Origin: Epiperipatus broadwayi
Lineage: Eukaryota; Animalia; Onychophora
DNA: 64,000 nucleotides
Direction of reading: 5' to 3'
NCBI GenBank assembly: GCA_028023455.1
Contig: JAQFVV010000001.1
Location: 27,466,001-27,530,000, forward strand
In this document: positions 1 through 13,524 of the stretch, one piece after another
Layout of the letters: each line of letters opens with the position of its first letter
Position numbering within the stretch: the first letter of the stretch is position 1
The notes under the pieces: generated by a model
Seen by the model: the letters and a program-made list of their open reading frames with translations, nothing else
Database searches by the model: none
Told to the model about the DNA's origin: nothing
Translations under genes and position numbers: made by a program

Positions 1-796
1 GATAATTTATGTTTGGTTGGTGCATCACACTGAAGTGTGGGTGGCTTCTGATCTCCAATGGTTTGATGGCCATGCTGTAATGGCAATGGTCATTTTCTCT
101 TTGTATGTTAACATCCAGATATTTAACTTGTTGATGTGCATCTTCAATTGTAACATTCACAGCTAGTGCTGTGCTGGTTTCCAATTTGACTTTGATTTGT
201 GTGATGACTCTGGGGTAGTGGTGATGAATAGGTCGTCCACATATCTGGTATATATTAGAAAGCATATAGGGTTTAAACCAGGTATGATCTCATAGTAGTT
301 AATGAAGATGTTGGTGATTATGCCACTTCTGTGATAAACCCATGGGCCAGCCTTGCTTCATGGAGAAGCACTGATTTCTAAAGAACACCACAATGTTGCT
401 GTTCAACCAGCATAAAAACTCATGAATGAAGTCTACTTGAGGTTGGGCTGTTTTTTGTGCCAAAAGTTCATCTCTGACAGTTTGGATGGATTTGTCTCTA
501 TTGATGGAGCTATATAGTTCAGTAACATCCATGGTGGCCAATTTGATGTTTGGATTCAGTTCTAAATCTTTGATGGAGGATAGAAATTTTGCGGTTGATT
601 TGAGGGTGTATGATCCAAAGCCCAATGTCTGGATGAGTTTGTTGTTCACTCATTCGATTGTCTGTGTAATGTGCTAAATCCAGCATTAATCAGACCGGTG
701 TGCTGTCTTTGTCTTTTGGCATTTCTAAAAATCCTGGATGATAGACTGTGATATTCTGACTTTGTGAAAGCTTTATTGCAATGTTTTTTGAGAATA
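1..796 (-). mobile_element. Penelope-like element, inverted 5' segment (RT core, degenerate)
   Basis: Minus-strand translation gives PGFLEMPKDKDSTPV (cf. PxFYGLPKxHKxxxPxRPI), ATMDVTELYSSI, VFFRNQCFSMKQGWPMGLS (ORF 299-649) and RYVDD near 231-245; runs off the left edge. Confidence 0.85.
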
Positions 797-1086
797 GATC
801 ATACCTGGTTTAAACCCTGTATGCTTTCTAAGATACACCAGATATGTGGATGACTTATTCATTGCTCCACTCCAGAGGTCATCACACAAATCAAAGTCAA
901 ATTGGAAACCAGCACAGCACTAGTTGTGAATATTACAATTGAAGATGCACATTAACAAGTTAAATATCTGGATGTTAACATACAAAGAGAAAACCACCAT
1001 TGCCATTACAGCATGGGCATCAAACCATTGGAGATCAGAAGCCACACACCCTCCCAGTGTAATGTACCAACAGAACATAAATTATC
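1..1086. repeat. Inverted duplication 1-291 / 797-1086 within the PLE
   Basis: The reverse complement of 1-291 aligns to 797-1086 at roughly 90% identity by eye (GATCATACCTGG...AACATAAATTATC). Confidence 0.95.
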
Positions 1087-1870
1087 TGGCTTATCATCTT
1101 TTTTGCACAGACACCAAAGAAAATCTAACAAAATATAAGAGATGATTTACTGAATTTAGAGTTCAGACAGTCCACTATCGATAAAAGAATCTTACACTTC
1201 CAGAATAAATAATTAACACCCACATCAAACAAGATAAACCTAGATTATTGCTACCATACATCTCCAATTTATATAGAAAATTACATTCTATCCTCAATAA
1301 CAGATATAAGTTTTGCTTCTGCACCCCCAAACTCCAGCAACTTAATCAAAACACTAAAGATCAAACTCCGCTTTTACAGACCTCCCATACAGTATACAAT
1401 ATTGCTTGCTCCAACAATACCTGTAAAAGTTCATACTATGGGGAAAGCAGAGCATCTTTGTCCATGCGATTGGCACAACACAAATAGTCATACAATAGAG
1501 CTCTTAATCATTCTTCCACCTATTCAGTTTTTTTTCCACACCAGAACACAAGCCACTACAAGTGTATTCCAGATAACCCCACAATCATGTGCAGAGACCT
1601 GACCTCAAAAGAAAAATTAAGGAAGCCTTCTTCATCACCTTAGACAAAGATGCCATAAACATGAAAGACCACATGCCATGCTTTATCGAGGAAATGGAAT
1701 GTCTAGCATATTTAGCATAAATTTGCATATCATTAACCGTATTAGCAGTCAAGCTATGATTATGAGGACTGGACCCTTCGAAAGCGCTAAGCTCGTTCTT
1801 TCTTATTTATCTATTTGGTAACAATACACAGCTTTGAGGATAATTGCACTACACAAGCAAGTGAACTAGA
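797..1870 (+). mobile_element. Penelope-like element, 3' segment (RT C-terminus plus GIY-YIG endonuclease, frameshifted)
   Basis: RYVDD at ~840-855; ORF 1248-1487 LPYISN...VYNIACSNNTCKSSYYGESRASLSMRLAQHK is a GIY-YIG signature; followed by KRKIKEAFFI...AINMKD. The 3' boundary is approximate. Confidence 0.85.
1755..1798 (+). ncRNA. Degenerate hammerhead-like motif at the PLE 3' end
   Basis: ATTATGA-GGA..TTC-GAAA-GC-GCTAA-GCTC. Stem III and GAAA fit, but the core has 2 mismatches to CUGAUGA and stem I is poor. Confidence 0.3.
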
Positions 1871-2300
1871 ATACATACATATATTTACCCAAAATAGAAA
1901 ATTTATTTGACTTTATCACATTATCATATATGTTTTTCAGAATTTTTAAAAAATGTATTCTCTTTTGGTAGTTTCTTATAATTATTTTTTTAAGTAACAT
2001 AATGATGTATTTTTTTAATTTGTATTTATTTTCATTATTTATGGTTAAAACAACATTCATAATAATCTTAAAAAGGTCCATTAAGTTTTTTTTTTTAATT
2101 CTCATTAGGAATCAGTCACATGCTACTGACAATTAATTTTTCCAACTCAATTTCATCTATATTTTTATTTCTACTTACAAAATCTTCTAAATACATAACT
2201 CTTTTTATAATCCATTCTAAAATAATTAAAAACTGTGTTTTGAACCCTAAATTTTAGTCCACAGAAATTTTTAGGGATTACATGTTGAAACAAAAAGAAT
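1870..2300 (-). mobile_element. Very degenerate PLE-like RT remnant
   Basis: PKNFCGLKF resembles the PxFYGLPK motif; weak support only. Confidence 0.25.
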
Positions 2301-3469
2301 AATTGAGTGAACCATAGGGTAGCTGCTTCAGTCTACATTTAATCTGCTCAGTAGAATATTTACTAGTATCTCTATTAGAAATATTTTCTATAGTAAATGA
2401 ATATAAAGCTGAAAACATATTATATGTAGATAATCTGTAAAATCATTTATTTTTTATTTTTTTTGAAAATAGTTAACCTTTATACTTTTTTTTATTTTTA
2501 TAAATCAATAAAATAACAAAGATATTTCTATTTATAGGAAGATTGATATATTTAATAAAATCTTTCATTTTTTAAAATTTTGACAGTTAAAACTAAAATT
2601 CAGTATTTTTTCTTTCTAGTTCATTTTTATATTTGTTTTTTTCTTTCTATATTATTACCATTCATCCATTACCTTTTTTTTTTTTGTTAGAATATCGTAG
2701 TATTTGTTTTTTATGATAATCAAAAATGAATTATGTAATTCTTGTAAAATTTGATATATTTAATGTATTAAGTTTTGTGTGTATACTAATGTCTGTTGAT
2801 AAAAGTTTTTTTTGTTATCTATTACTGTATCCAAGTGATAAATGACTCAAGAAAATTTGTTTTGGTTTGTGGCTTTCCTATGCCAATAAATCAAAAACAC
2901 TGTCCTGAAGTTCAGCTTCGCTTTTGAGATTGTTAAACTATATAATATATGAGATTTTTATTTTTGTAAAGTAGATAAAAAAGTAAAGAAATTTATAATG
3001 GTGGAAATAAAAAGTTAATTTTCATTGTTTAAAAATATTATTTATTTATTTTTTCCTATAAAAAGCTGAAACCATAAATAAAATTGATTTTTAAATTATT
3101 ATTACTATTATAATTTACATATTTATTCTTATAAAATATGATTACGTATATTTTTTAACATTTTATAAATAAATATCAGCTGCACATATCTAAATGAAAT
3201 ATTAAGAACTTAAATATGTAAAAGAGCATAGATTTCACTGCAAATATGAGAGTAAAACAAACTTTAATTTACAAAATAATTGATAAGTTTATTTCTTTAT
3301 ACAGGTTCGAGATAATAGATTTTACAAAGATGTTTTACGATAAAGCAAGAAAGTATTTATTATTGGTTTTACTGGCTGAATTAAAAGAAATATTTGAACT
3401 ATTAGACATTAAACTGAGTGTTTATTTAAATTTACTATAGCTATAGTTTTGAAATTAATGATTAAAGTT

Positions 3470-3725
3470 CATCTGAGAGTTCTTGTGGTAGTCGTGAAGG
3501 TTATTATCTAACTCCTGGTCAGCAGGTTGTTTTTTTGGCTTTGTTTTGTGCATAGGCAACAGCTCTCTACTTGAAGTACTGTGGAAGTAGGTTTCTATCA
3601 GTTAAAGTTATCCATCGCTATGTTGGCTTGTACTATTTCGGCACTTGGATGGAGACGAAGATCACTGTTCCTCGGGCGTGAGGAACAGCACAATCCGCCT
3701 AACTATTCGGCCATCCTTGCAGACC
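3470..3725 (-). mobile_element. Possible tRNA-derived SINE-like element
   Basis: GC-rich island starting GGTCTGCAAGGATGGCCGAATAGTTAGGCG (A-box-like) with an internal hairpin TGTTCCTC/GAGGAACA; no clear B box. Confidence 0.3.
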
Positions 3726-5089
3726 TTTTTAAAATTTGACTGATTATATATGTAGCAAAATATCAGCCTATTTACACTTGCTCATGATGAAATTACATTT
3801 TTAATAAACAAAATTTTCCCAGTGAAGTTAGCAATTAGCACTTTTAAAATTTGATATTTTTAAAGACCAAAATAACTTTTAGCTTTTGTTTTAATCCATG
3901 AACAGGCTATTTTCTTATATTTGGCCATTTACTTTCCCGCAAGATTTTAGCAATCGACACTGTTGGCTAAATCTTGTCAGCCATACTAAATGCAGGTATG
4001 GCATGATATAATTTTTACAGATTATTTTAAAATAATTTAAAAAATAGCAAACGACTAAATAGCAAGACGCTATATATATATGACGGTGGTACACGGAATA
4101 TACGTATATATATATATATGCGATTTACGCAAAATATAGTATCAAATTGATTTATAATTTAAACTAAATCGCATTTTAAATTATACACGATCTTTTAAAT
4201 ATGTGAAAATTGTTATGGCAAGTAAAATAAAAACATTATTAAAAAAAAGATGTAATGTGCTTCTGTTCATAAAAAAGTCACACTTCGTCACTGATATATA
4301 CATTTGTGCAGATTTCATTCTCAGATCATCAGTCTGAACGCTCTTTTATTAAATGTATAATTGTATTAAGTTATATATTTTTTTATTTTCTTTTATTGAA
4401 TTTTTTGTACTTTTATTTTGAAAATCTATTGTTTTTTTTTGAAATTATAATTTTTTTAATTTATTAAATTTAAAGTTGTTAGTTTAAATATATATATTTA
4501 ATTTTTTTTTTTTTTAGATTTAAATCTGTAAGAAGTTTATTTTTCTCTGAAAAAATTGTCACGTGTCATGGAAATAACATAAGCACATTAAAAAAAAGAA
4601 AAGTTAGACAAATTAACGTTTAATGATTAAACAGTTTACCCATGCAAGAGTTACTATGATAAATTGTAATAGATGCCTTTGTACTGCTATCATTTTAAGT
4701 TGTCAGGTCTTTTTCATTTTTTTTTTTTTGATCCTAGTGATTATTAACATCCATTAAGTTGTATCTTTCATATGTCAATCTGTCTAAATGTTGTCTAATG
4801 TTTAATATTTTAAACACATATCTGTATAATGATAATTTGGAAGTAATTTTTTTTTTCTGATATTTTTTGATGTAGGTTTAAAATAAAGAAGGTAGAATAA
4901 TTATCGCCAATGATGATCAGATGTTTATTGCTCAATCTTTTGCTTAATTAATGTTATATATATCCAGTTTTGTTGGTTGTAATGAAATCTCTGTTACTGG
5001 ATACTATTATTCATTTAATACTTAATCATCATTAATGGTATAAATTGATTATTTCTTGGTAATAAATTATGCTAGTATCTGATATTATA

Positions 5090-6800
5090 TTAAGATGGTT
5101 TGGAAAAATTGTGTTTAGTTGTAGATAAATGTATATTTTAAATAACTGTGATGAATAAGGTTGGTGTTGTGAATAATAGAATTAAACTAAACTAGTAGTA
5201 ATTTAGTTAAGATATTAAAAATTAGTTGGAGACACAAGTGTTAAGTAACTTGTTAAATTTTACAACAAATAAATTTTGTGATACTTAATTTGCTTTTAAA
5301 GGTATCTTTGATGATCTGAAAATGATTGACTCACTATCTGATTTCTTTCAAGGGACATAAGTTTTGATTTATAATAACCACAATGGAATCTGCTTGGTTA
5401 AAATTTATAAAGCAAATATAAAAGAATGTAATAACTATAGAAAGATTAATGAATTCTTAGACTCCTCTTACTGATTTTAAGAGAATGAAATCTAGCATTG
5501 AAAACTTTATGATTAGTATGCACTTTTAATTCTGTAATATTGTATAAGATACAATTTAGTAATTACACTTTATCATATAATGATCTATTGTTTATATATA
5601 ATGATCTAAGAACTATAAAATCCGCTTTTGGAATGTCTATTTTTTTCCATTTGAACAAGTATTAATAGAGTATAATAAATGGTGTTAATAGAGAATAATT
5701 AATGAAAATACTATTTTTTTTTATTTGATGTCATTATCCACCATAAGATGGTCATCTCACATATTTACATGATATGATAGATTTCAACTGTCTATTATTA
5801 TGTGGACAATATTATATGTATTTGCATTTGTACCCTTATGATCCCAGTGAGTCTTAATATTTTATAATTCTATAAATATTTGAATATAAGTATAATTTAT
5901 ATATTTGGAGTTTACATGTAATTATAAGGGATATAAGCATAGACTTTCAAGCTTCAGCTATCCACTCTATATCTTGCAACTGATACCCATGACCATACAC
6001 ATGTGAAAAAGATCAGTGATCTCCAATGTAGTTTGAATATTTGCTATCTTAATATAAATTGAGCACTGATTATATATATATATGTGGGAGATGATCATTT
6101 GGAGCAACTGATGACAGTTTGTTGAGCAAAAATTTGTTTCACATGTGTATGGTCATTTGTAACTGCTATATGAGATAAGGTGGATAGTTGAAGGGAACTT
6201 GAATTCTATAAATATTAAATGATCTTATACTATCTGACAACTAGAGAAGGAAACTAGAGAGTTTGGTAATTGATTATTATTATTTTTTTTAAAGAAGTTT
6301 TGTCTTTTTATTGTACCAGGTATTGATGGATTTTTTTTTTTTTGGACTATTTATAAAATAATCTCCACTTTAATAAATAATTATGTAAATGATATTGAGA
6401 AGTTCACTATTTTTGAGTGGGATGATTTATAAAAGAAGTCTAATCTGGAAAAATGGAAAATGCAGCAATTGAAATATAAGATCCAAGAGGTAAATCTGCT
6501 ATAATAATTATTATGTCTTATTAATAATCATAATTCTTATATAGTGTTGAAAATTTCTGAATTATATATTTTAAATCTGTACAAGGCATCATAGGAAAAT
6601 ATCAAATGGTGTTAATGTTATAACAGGATTTACTGTCAATTTTTATGTTTGGTAAAAGGGGTAGAGCTTTATGTTGGGAGTAAATATAGAAATAGTTATT
6701 TTTAGGAGACAAAAAAAATCTATTTTTAAAGGTATTGATTGGCTTATTTAATGAGTGAAAAGGAATGATATTGATACAATTAATGATAGATTACATTTTT
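5090..6800 (+). mobile_element. Old degenerate Penelope-like element
   Basis: Ordered motif remnants: LVKIYKAN (~5395), YYVDNIICI (~5795, cf. RYVDDIFCI), SYIVLKISE (~6535, cf. LPYIxxISE) and a weak GIY-YIG-like stretch (~6610-6690). Confidence 0.45.
5952..6193. repeat. Degenerate inverted-repeat insertion (~65-bp arms) interrupting the old PLE
   Basis: CTTCAGCTATCCAC / GTGGATAGTTGAAG and ATGACCATACACATGTGAAA / TTTCACATGTGTATGGTCAT. Confidence 0.8.
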
Positions 6801-8019
6801 GTCTTATACTTTATTCTAGATTTAAATACTTTTTTTTGATTTTAAAGAAGATCAGAACAACTAAATCATATCTTTAATAGGCTTAGGGATGTGACTGTAA
6901 ATGTTTAGCTTTAAATGTTTTCCAAAACATTCTTCCGTAATATCTAAAACAACTGGAGGTTTTTTTTTTTTTGCTATCATCAAATAATAGCATATAACCT
7001 TTATAGTGATTCATTACCATTGCTTGTTATCTTTATAGATATTACATTATTATTTTATATATTTTTTATGAAAATATATGTAATAACATTTCTAAAGATA
7101 TGAGTACAGTATTTTATCTGTGAATACTACCTATAGCTGTAATCACAATCAAAGTAATTTATGAAGAGCCTAAGAGAATAAACTCCAAATACTGACTCAT
7201 AATATTTTTTACTTATTTCCAATGGATTTAAGTTATAGTATGAACATATTTAATCATATGATTAATAGGAATATAGTATTATTTCTTGATAATGGCTATT
7301 TAGCTTTTCTTAATTAAAGAATTGTGGAAAATCTAAAAACCATCACTGAAATGGTTGTTGACTAACCAGGTGAGAAATGTCATCTCATTTATTGTTCCTT
7401 AATGGAAGGATACTGAAAAGGTTTTACTATTTAAGACTGTTTATACTTTTTATATATCTATGCATCACTGATATAAAGAATAAGATAGAAAATGTATGCC
7501 TTCCATATAATAAAAAATAACTTACACAATATAAATTAGCATTGAGGATTGTGGAATTGAATAGTTTCTTATGTCACATAGCAAATGACTTAGAGCGTTT
7601 TTGGTTAATGATTCCTAGATAAGTTATAGGTTATTTTAGGATTTTGACTAGAATCAGATTACATAGACTTAAAACCCATAAAGGAATAGATTATGGAGAA
7701 GTATATTAAATTATATTTGTTAAGAAATATATAAGAATGGTGATTCCCAATCCCATTAGCAATACTATGCTTACTAATTGAGCACCAAGACTTATTATAT
7801 AATTGATTCTGGAATCTTCATTAATTTTGTTTCTAAGTTTTGTTTGAGTTGGGAACAAAACCTGTTTCAATGTAAAGATTTTTGTGATTTATAGTGACTC
7901 AATTTGGTACAATTATTTTTAATATTGTGAATGTAGGCATATAGGAATGATATGGCAACTGAACTTGATTAGTTTTAATAATGTAAACAAAGATGGGCAA
8001 AGTATGACCTATAGGCCAT

Positions 8020-8061
8020 ATACACATGGTGTCCATTATGATACACATGGTGTCCATTATG
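8020..8061. repeat. 21-bp tandem duplication
   Basis: ATACACATGGTGTCCATTATG x2. Confidence 0.95.
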
Positions 8062-9869
8062 ATGATTTGTGTGGCCTGTAATCCATACACAAGTGTCACA
8101 TATGAACATACTTACACATCCACATGATGTAAGTCATCATCCTAAAATTGCCCAAAACAGATTTTTATAAACTTTATTGTGAGAATTCATTAAATAATAG
8201 AAAATCAGTTTCCAGCATAATCACATCATTACTTTATTATGAATATTTTATATTGGAAAATAAAACATTTTTAAAAATATATGGCCACTTAAAGACTTTA
8301 TAGAAATCCAACTAGCAGCTGTCATAATTGTAGATTATCTAACATTTCATACATGTATTTTTTTGAAGTGAATGATTTACTTCAACTACTGAGATGAAAA
8401 GATTTCTAAGTTGAGGTTTAAGTAGAATTAAAAAGTAATTTGTTTTATATTTGCTGGGTAGAGATAAAATATTCAAAATGCTAAAGATTATTTCTCTTTT
8501 AACTTATTTTCTGTTGCTGATTTAATTTCTATTTAGAAAACAATTTTAAATATATTAATTGTCAAAGATATTAAAAAATGATATTGCACATGCTGTTAAT
8601 GAGTTAATAATAATAATAATAAAGTCATCTATTTTGTTGTACTCCTATAAGAAACTGGCATATTTTCAAATAGAAATGCTTATCTAATGTGAAATAAATT
8701 AAAAAACAAAAAGAATAATATGTATCCAAATATCAAATGGCTGAATCATTAAAATATATTTGAAATTTATATTTAATTAAATTTTCAACTCTGAAAATTC
8801 CAGTGATAATATACAATACTATATTCATATTAATACCTACTGTACTGCTTGATTTTTTTTTAATTACTGAATATTATTCATATTCTAAATAGGATTGGAC
8901 TAATTTTTTATTATTTTTTTGATATTCATTATTTAATTCAATATTATATGAATTATCTTCTTTTTATACTTGTTTTACTATGTTTTATTTTATAATATAG
9001 CGTCAACATTTCTACTGTTTTACACTCTTCTTTCAAGAATTTCATAAAAACAAATAAACAAACAAAAAAAAAAAAAACTATTGCAAAAATTAAGTGTAAA
9101 GGAGATAATTTACATATGTTTTTCAATTAATTAGTTTAATCTTTTTATTTCTTTAATAACTATTTAGAGTATGGATTTACCATAGTTTTCTATAACATTT
9201 GACCATTGGAATAGTTTATCTACGACAAGTATATTTATATTGTTACTTGAATATACACTTAAATTATTATTATTATTTTATTGTAATAATCTTTAGATGT
9301 AAAATATTTTTCACTTAGGCAGATCAAATTTTTATATGGACTTATAATAAAAAAGACATTCATAATTTTATTTTACGTGATTAGTTGTAGGTGCTTTATT
9401 GATGTAAGAGCTCATTACAGTTTATGATGTATATCTAAAATTGATATGCTGCAGTACATTGTTTTGAGAGGGTGAGAAGCAATGGTAAATTATCACCAGT
9501 GATAGTCAAAAGTTATTTCTTACTTATAATGTGTTATTGCTTAGTAACCCTTTTTCAAACAGAGAACTTAAACATATATAAATTATTTAAATAAAATCTT
9601 ACTGGATATTTTTTCCTAAATGAATAGATTGAAAATAACAAATTTTAGCCAAATTTTTTATAAGTTGATTAAATTAGGAAGTAAGTATATTAAACCACTA
9701 AACATCACATGATCACTATCTCATACTAGCACAATAATTGTTATTAAACAATTCAAAATACAGCAAAACTCTCCATATAGTAGTGCCATCTTGTGCTAAC
9801 AAGAGCAATCAATGGATGCCAGAAGGCTTGTGCATAAAATCCCTATCCAGTGCCTACTCATGCAATATC

Positions 9870-9907
9870 CCCAGACTAGTTTCTGGCTTGTGGCCTTCAT
9901 CAGTGAG
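9870..9907 (-). ncRNA. Minimal type I hammerhead ribozyme (mirror copy)
   Basis: CTCA-CTGATGA-AGGC-CACAA-GCCA-GAAAC-TA-GTC-TGGG on the minus strand. Confidence 0.8.
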
Positions 9908-10445
9908 GAACCTTGGATCTGAGAGCACTGCACCTAGATCTTAGGATCTAATGCAACCCTCCAGCACCCACCTTTTAACTCTATTTAACTACAAAACTAT
10001 GAGAATGAAATTGAAAACACTATTAATATTTTCAACCCAAGCTCAATAGCTTATATAGTCATATGGGTCTGAACTCAATTCAGTACCCATACATTTAGGT
10101 GTCTTTGGCTCTTTAACAACCATAGCCACCACTATCCTATTAGGCAGGATTGGTGTTAAACCATGAGATAGTGTTCATGTGATGTTTAGTGGTTTAACAC
10201 CAATCCTGCCTAATAGGATAGTGGTGGCTATGGTTGTTAAAGAGCCAAAGACACCAAAATGTATGGGTACTGAATTGAGTTCAGACCCATATGACTATAT
10301 AAGCTATTGAACTCGGGTTGAAAATATTAATAGTGTTTTCAATTTCATTCTCATAGTTTTGTAGTTAAATAGAGTTAAAAGGTGGGTGCTGGAGGGTTGC
10401 ATTAGATCCTAAGATCTAGGTGCAGTGCTCTCAGATCCAAGGCTC

Positions 10446-10483
10446 CTCACTGATGAAGGCCACAAGCCAGAAACTAGTCTGGG
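10446..10483 (+). ncRNA. Minimal type I hammerhead ribozyme
   Basis: Intact CUGAUGA (10450-56) and GAAAC (10470-74); stem II GGC/GCC; stem I CUCA/UGGG; palindromic ACUAGU stem III region; GUC cleavage triplet at 10477-79. Confidence 0.8.
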
Positions 10484-13400
10484 GATATTGCATGAGTAGG
10501 CACTGGATAGGGATTTTATGCACAAGCCTTCTGGCATCCATTGATTGCTCTTGTTAGCACAAGATGGCACTACTATATGGAGAGTTTTGCTGTATTTTGA
10601 ATTGTTTAAGTAAGGATATTATTGTTTTGTGATTATTTCAAGATAAATACTGTAAATTTATTGCAAATTTTGGCAATATTGTTTTTTTTTTTTTTTAAAT
10701 ATATCTGTATATTGTTAATTTAATTACAAGTGCCAAATTTCTTAGTTCACTTGACAATTTGGCACTTGTATATTAAGTTGTAATTATTTGAGGTTGGTGA
10801 ATATTGAACAGTGGTGATGATGATATGAGAGATTGTATCCTGCCAAACTGAAAAGATCTAGTTCATCCATAGATGTTTATTGAGGTTAATTGCCTTTTTC
10901 ACATGTATTTGAAGTATATGTGGTGAAATAGAAGTTTAAGTATATTGTTAATATATTTATTTTTTTTAGCTGAATTATTATTGTTTATTTTTATTGTTAT
11001 TTTTAATAATAATTTTTTTAAAAAATAAACATCTACTGAAATTTAATTATTTATTGTAAAATTATTAATATATGATTAATTTGACATTTAGCATTGTGTT
11101 TTTTTTGATAAATGAATTTTATAATGTCACATCTAACAAAAGTTGATAAATACATACATATTTGTTTAAAAAATAGCATAATTAATAATAAGAAAAAGAA
11201 TTTTCAAATAAAATTATCACCTTCATTAGCATTTTAAATTGTCACATTTAAATTATTAATTACCTCTGTGCTCTTTTCAAAATATTATCTTTGGTAGTGG
11301 GGGGGGGGTATATTTTTTATTAACTAAATTTTAGTTAAAATTTTTTTGTTTTTGTTTTCAATTCATTTACAGGTGCTAGAATTATACAATGGATGTATAT
11401 ATATGATTAAGAGATAATTCTAAATATATTATAGATTTTGTATTGATAGATGTTATTAAAAAGTCTAAAATAAGAATTATTATGGTTTATGACTAAAAAA
11501 AAAAATCTTTTATACATTGTTCATATAAAAAATGATAATGATATCTAGATAGTATTTTTGGAAATATTTACACCATGGAATAAACTTGGTCTCCCAGAAT
11601 GCTCAAATAATTTGTGGCTGTTATGTTTTCATGTGGAGAGAATCATTTTTTGACCAATAACTTTCCAAATTATTTCCATTTGCAAGTGAAATAGTTTTAT
11701 TAATAGGCTTATATTGGCAATTTCCAGATGTAAATGTAATTTCACTGATTGTAAAATGTAAATGATAATTTGTTTTATTATTACAGTCATTCAATGTATA
11801 CCACATATTCCACATTATGATATTCATATGAAAAGCATTGAGTTTAAAATAGCAGTTCAGATATAAATGTTCTATATGTGATGTTTTTGATGTGTCGCTT
11901 TTGATAGATATTCTGTCATCAGACTTAAGACTTCTTTAGACATATTTGGACCTAACAATTTGACCCTATGAAACTCATTGGTAGATTTATGAATATGGCA
12001 GTTTAAGGGGAGAGGAAGTAGTTTATATTTTGTGATAAATGAAATCACTTCTTATTATTTTGAGCAATCAATGAATGTAATATCAATCCAACATCTTGTA
12101 TTCAAAATCCTTCCTTATAATTCTTTGTCAACTAACATATGAAATTGAATAATTCCTATATATTCTCATAGAGGAAGCATAAAAAATAAATCTTCTGTTC
12201 ATAGTTGACAGGTAGCACATATTTAAAGAAAAAAAATATTACATTATATATATAAATTTTAAAGAGAAAATACAATAAAGAACATAAATTTAAAATATTT
12301 ATTGTTTAATAAAACATAAATATATAAGATTAAACTAAGAATTGAAAAAAAAAAAATCTTAATAACAAATATGTCAATCAGACTAGATTAATCCAATTTT
12401 TTAAATAAAGGTAAATAGGGATTGTAAGGTCATGGGTATTGTAATTTTGGTCTAGGATCTTATCTCCTTTTACTCATGCTCATCTTTTTTTTTTTTAATT
12501 TAATGAAATATTGCCAGCTATTTTATTTGTGTGTGTGTGTTTTACTTGATTCAAATTGTATAATTTTTATAATAATTTTATTGCACATTTTTTGAGAGAT
12601 TTATTATAATATTAAAGTAGCCAGACTTTTAATTAGTCAAAATGAACAGACTTAGAATTTTTGATTAACAAAAACAAGACTTATAGATGTATTATATTGA
12701 ACCTTATGTATTATATTGACCCTTATGTAATAAAGCATGATTTTTTTTTTTTTTAGGTTGACTTTAAGATTTCCTAAGGAAATCTACAGGACACATACTG
12801 TAAATAATAATATTTTGAAATTTATTTTTGATTCTGTCTTTAACAGTGTTTTTATTGAGTTATTCAAATTTGGTGGGACAGAGTAAACAATATTAAAAAG
12901 TTTAGAATAAATATTTTTGATCTAAGTGGCAGGAAATCCATATTAAAATATCATCAAGAATTTTTTTATTTTTAATTCTGACCAAATCTTTTGATTGTTG
13001 CATTAATGACAACATAATTATAGTATACATTTTTTTTTTTGTATGTATCTCTCTATATTATTGTGTTTTTCATTTTAAGCTTTGTATACAGAAAAATTGT
13101 TTGTAATATTTATTGGGAATCTAACTGGTTTTGACAAACATTTTATATTATAATGTTTTTCTCACTTGTGCTACTAAAGGTACATATATCTTAATGATTT
13201 ATTCTTTGTTTAGTTTTTAATATTTGTGACAACTTTTCTATATCATTTAACATGTCCCCTACTGGTGAGTGATTTCATATAGCAAAAGTATTGTACTCAC
13301 AATCATATGATTTGCTTTAAAAATTTTTCAGAGTATTGTATAATATTTACATAGTTCAAGGCGTTCTCATCGGCCATCAAATTCATCTTATAAGATAATT

Positions 13401-13524
13401 ATTACATTTCTTTATATAAAGATTTTCCACTATTATATTGAAGTCTATTTTGTTTATAAATCTTATTTTCGATGATAATTTGAATTGATGTTTTTCTAAG
13501 CAGACAAGTTTTAAACAATTTTTT

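Larger units (their letters stand above)
9691..10609. mobile_element. Fold-back HHR retro-element (retrozyme-like subfamily A): 420-bp arms, 26-bp spacer
   Basis: Arms 9744-10163 and 10190-10609 differ at about 4 positions. The spacer plus 7 nt (10164-10196) is the reverse complement of 9691-9723. Flanking direct repeats AAGTAAGTATATT (9679-9691) / AAGTAAGGATATT (10608-10620). Confidence 0.85.

Noticed and set aside
4295-4340. CTGATGA...GAAA on the minus strand
   Set aside because: No stem II, stem III or NUH triplet can be drawn.
11373-11396. TTTACAG followed by VLELYNG, resembling IDE GLELANG
   Set aside because: The similarity is only 7 residues, the frame closes shortly after, and the flanking IDE residues are absent.
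13341-13380. CCGATGAGAACGCCTTGAACTATGTA on the minus strand as a hammerhead
   Set aside because: It needs at least three changes to fit the core and stems.
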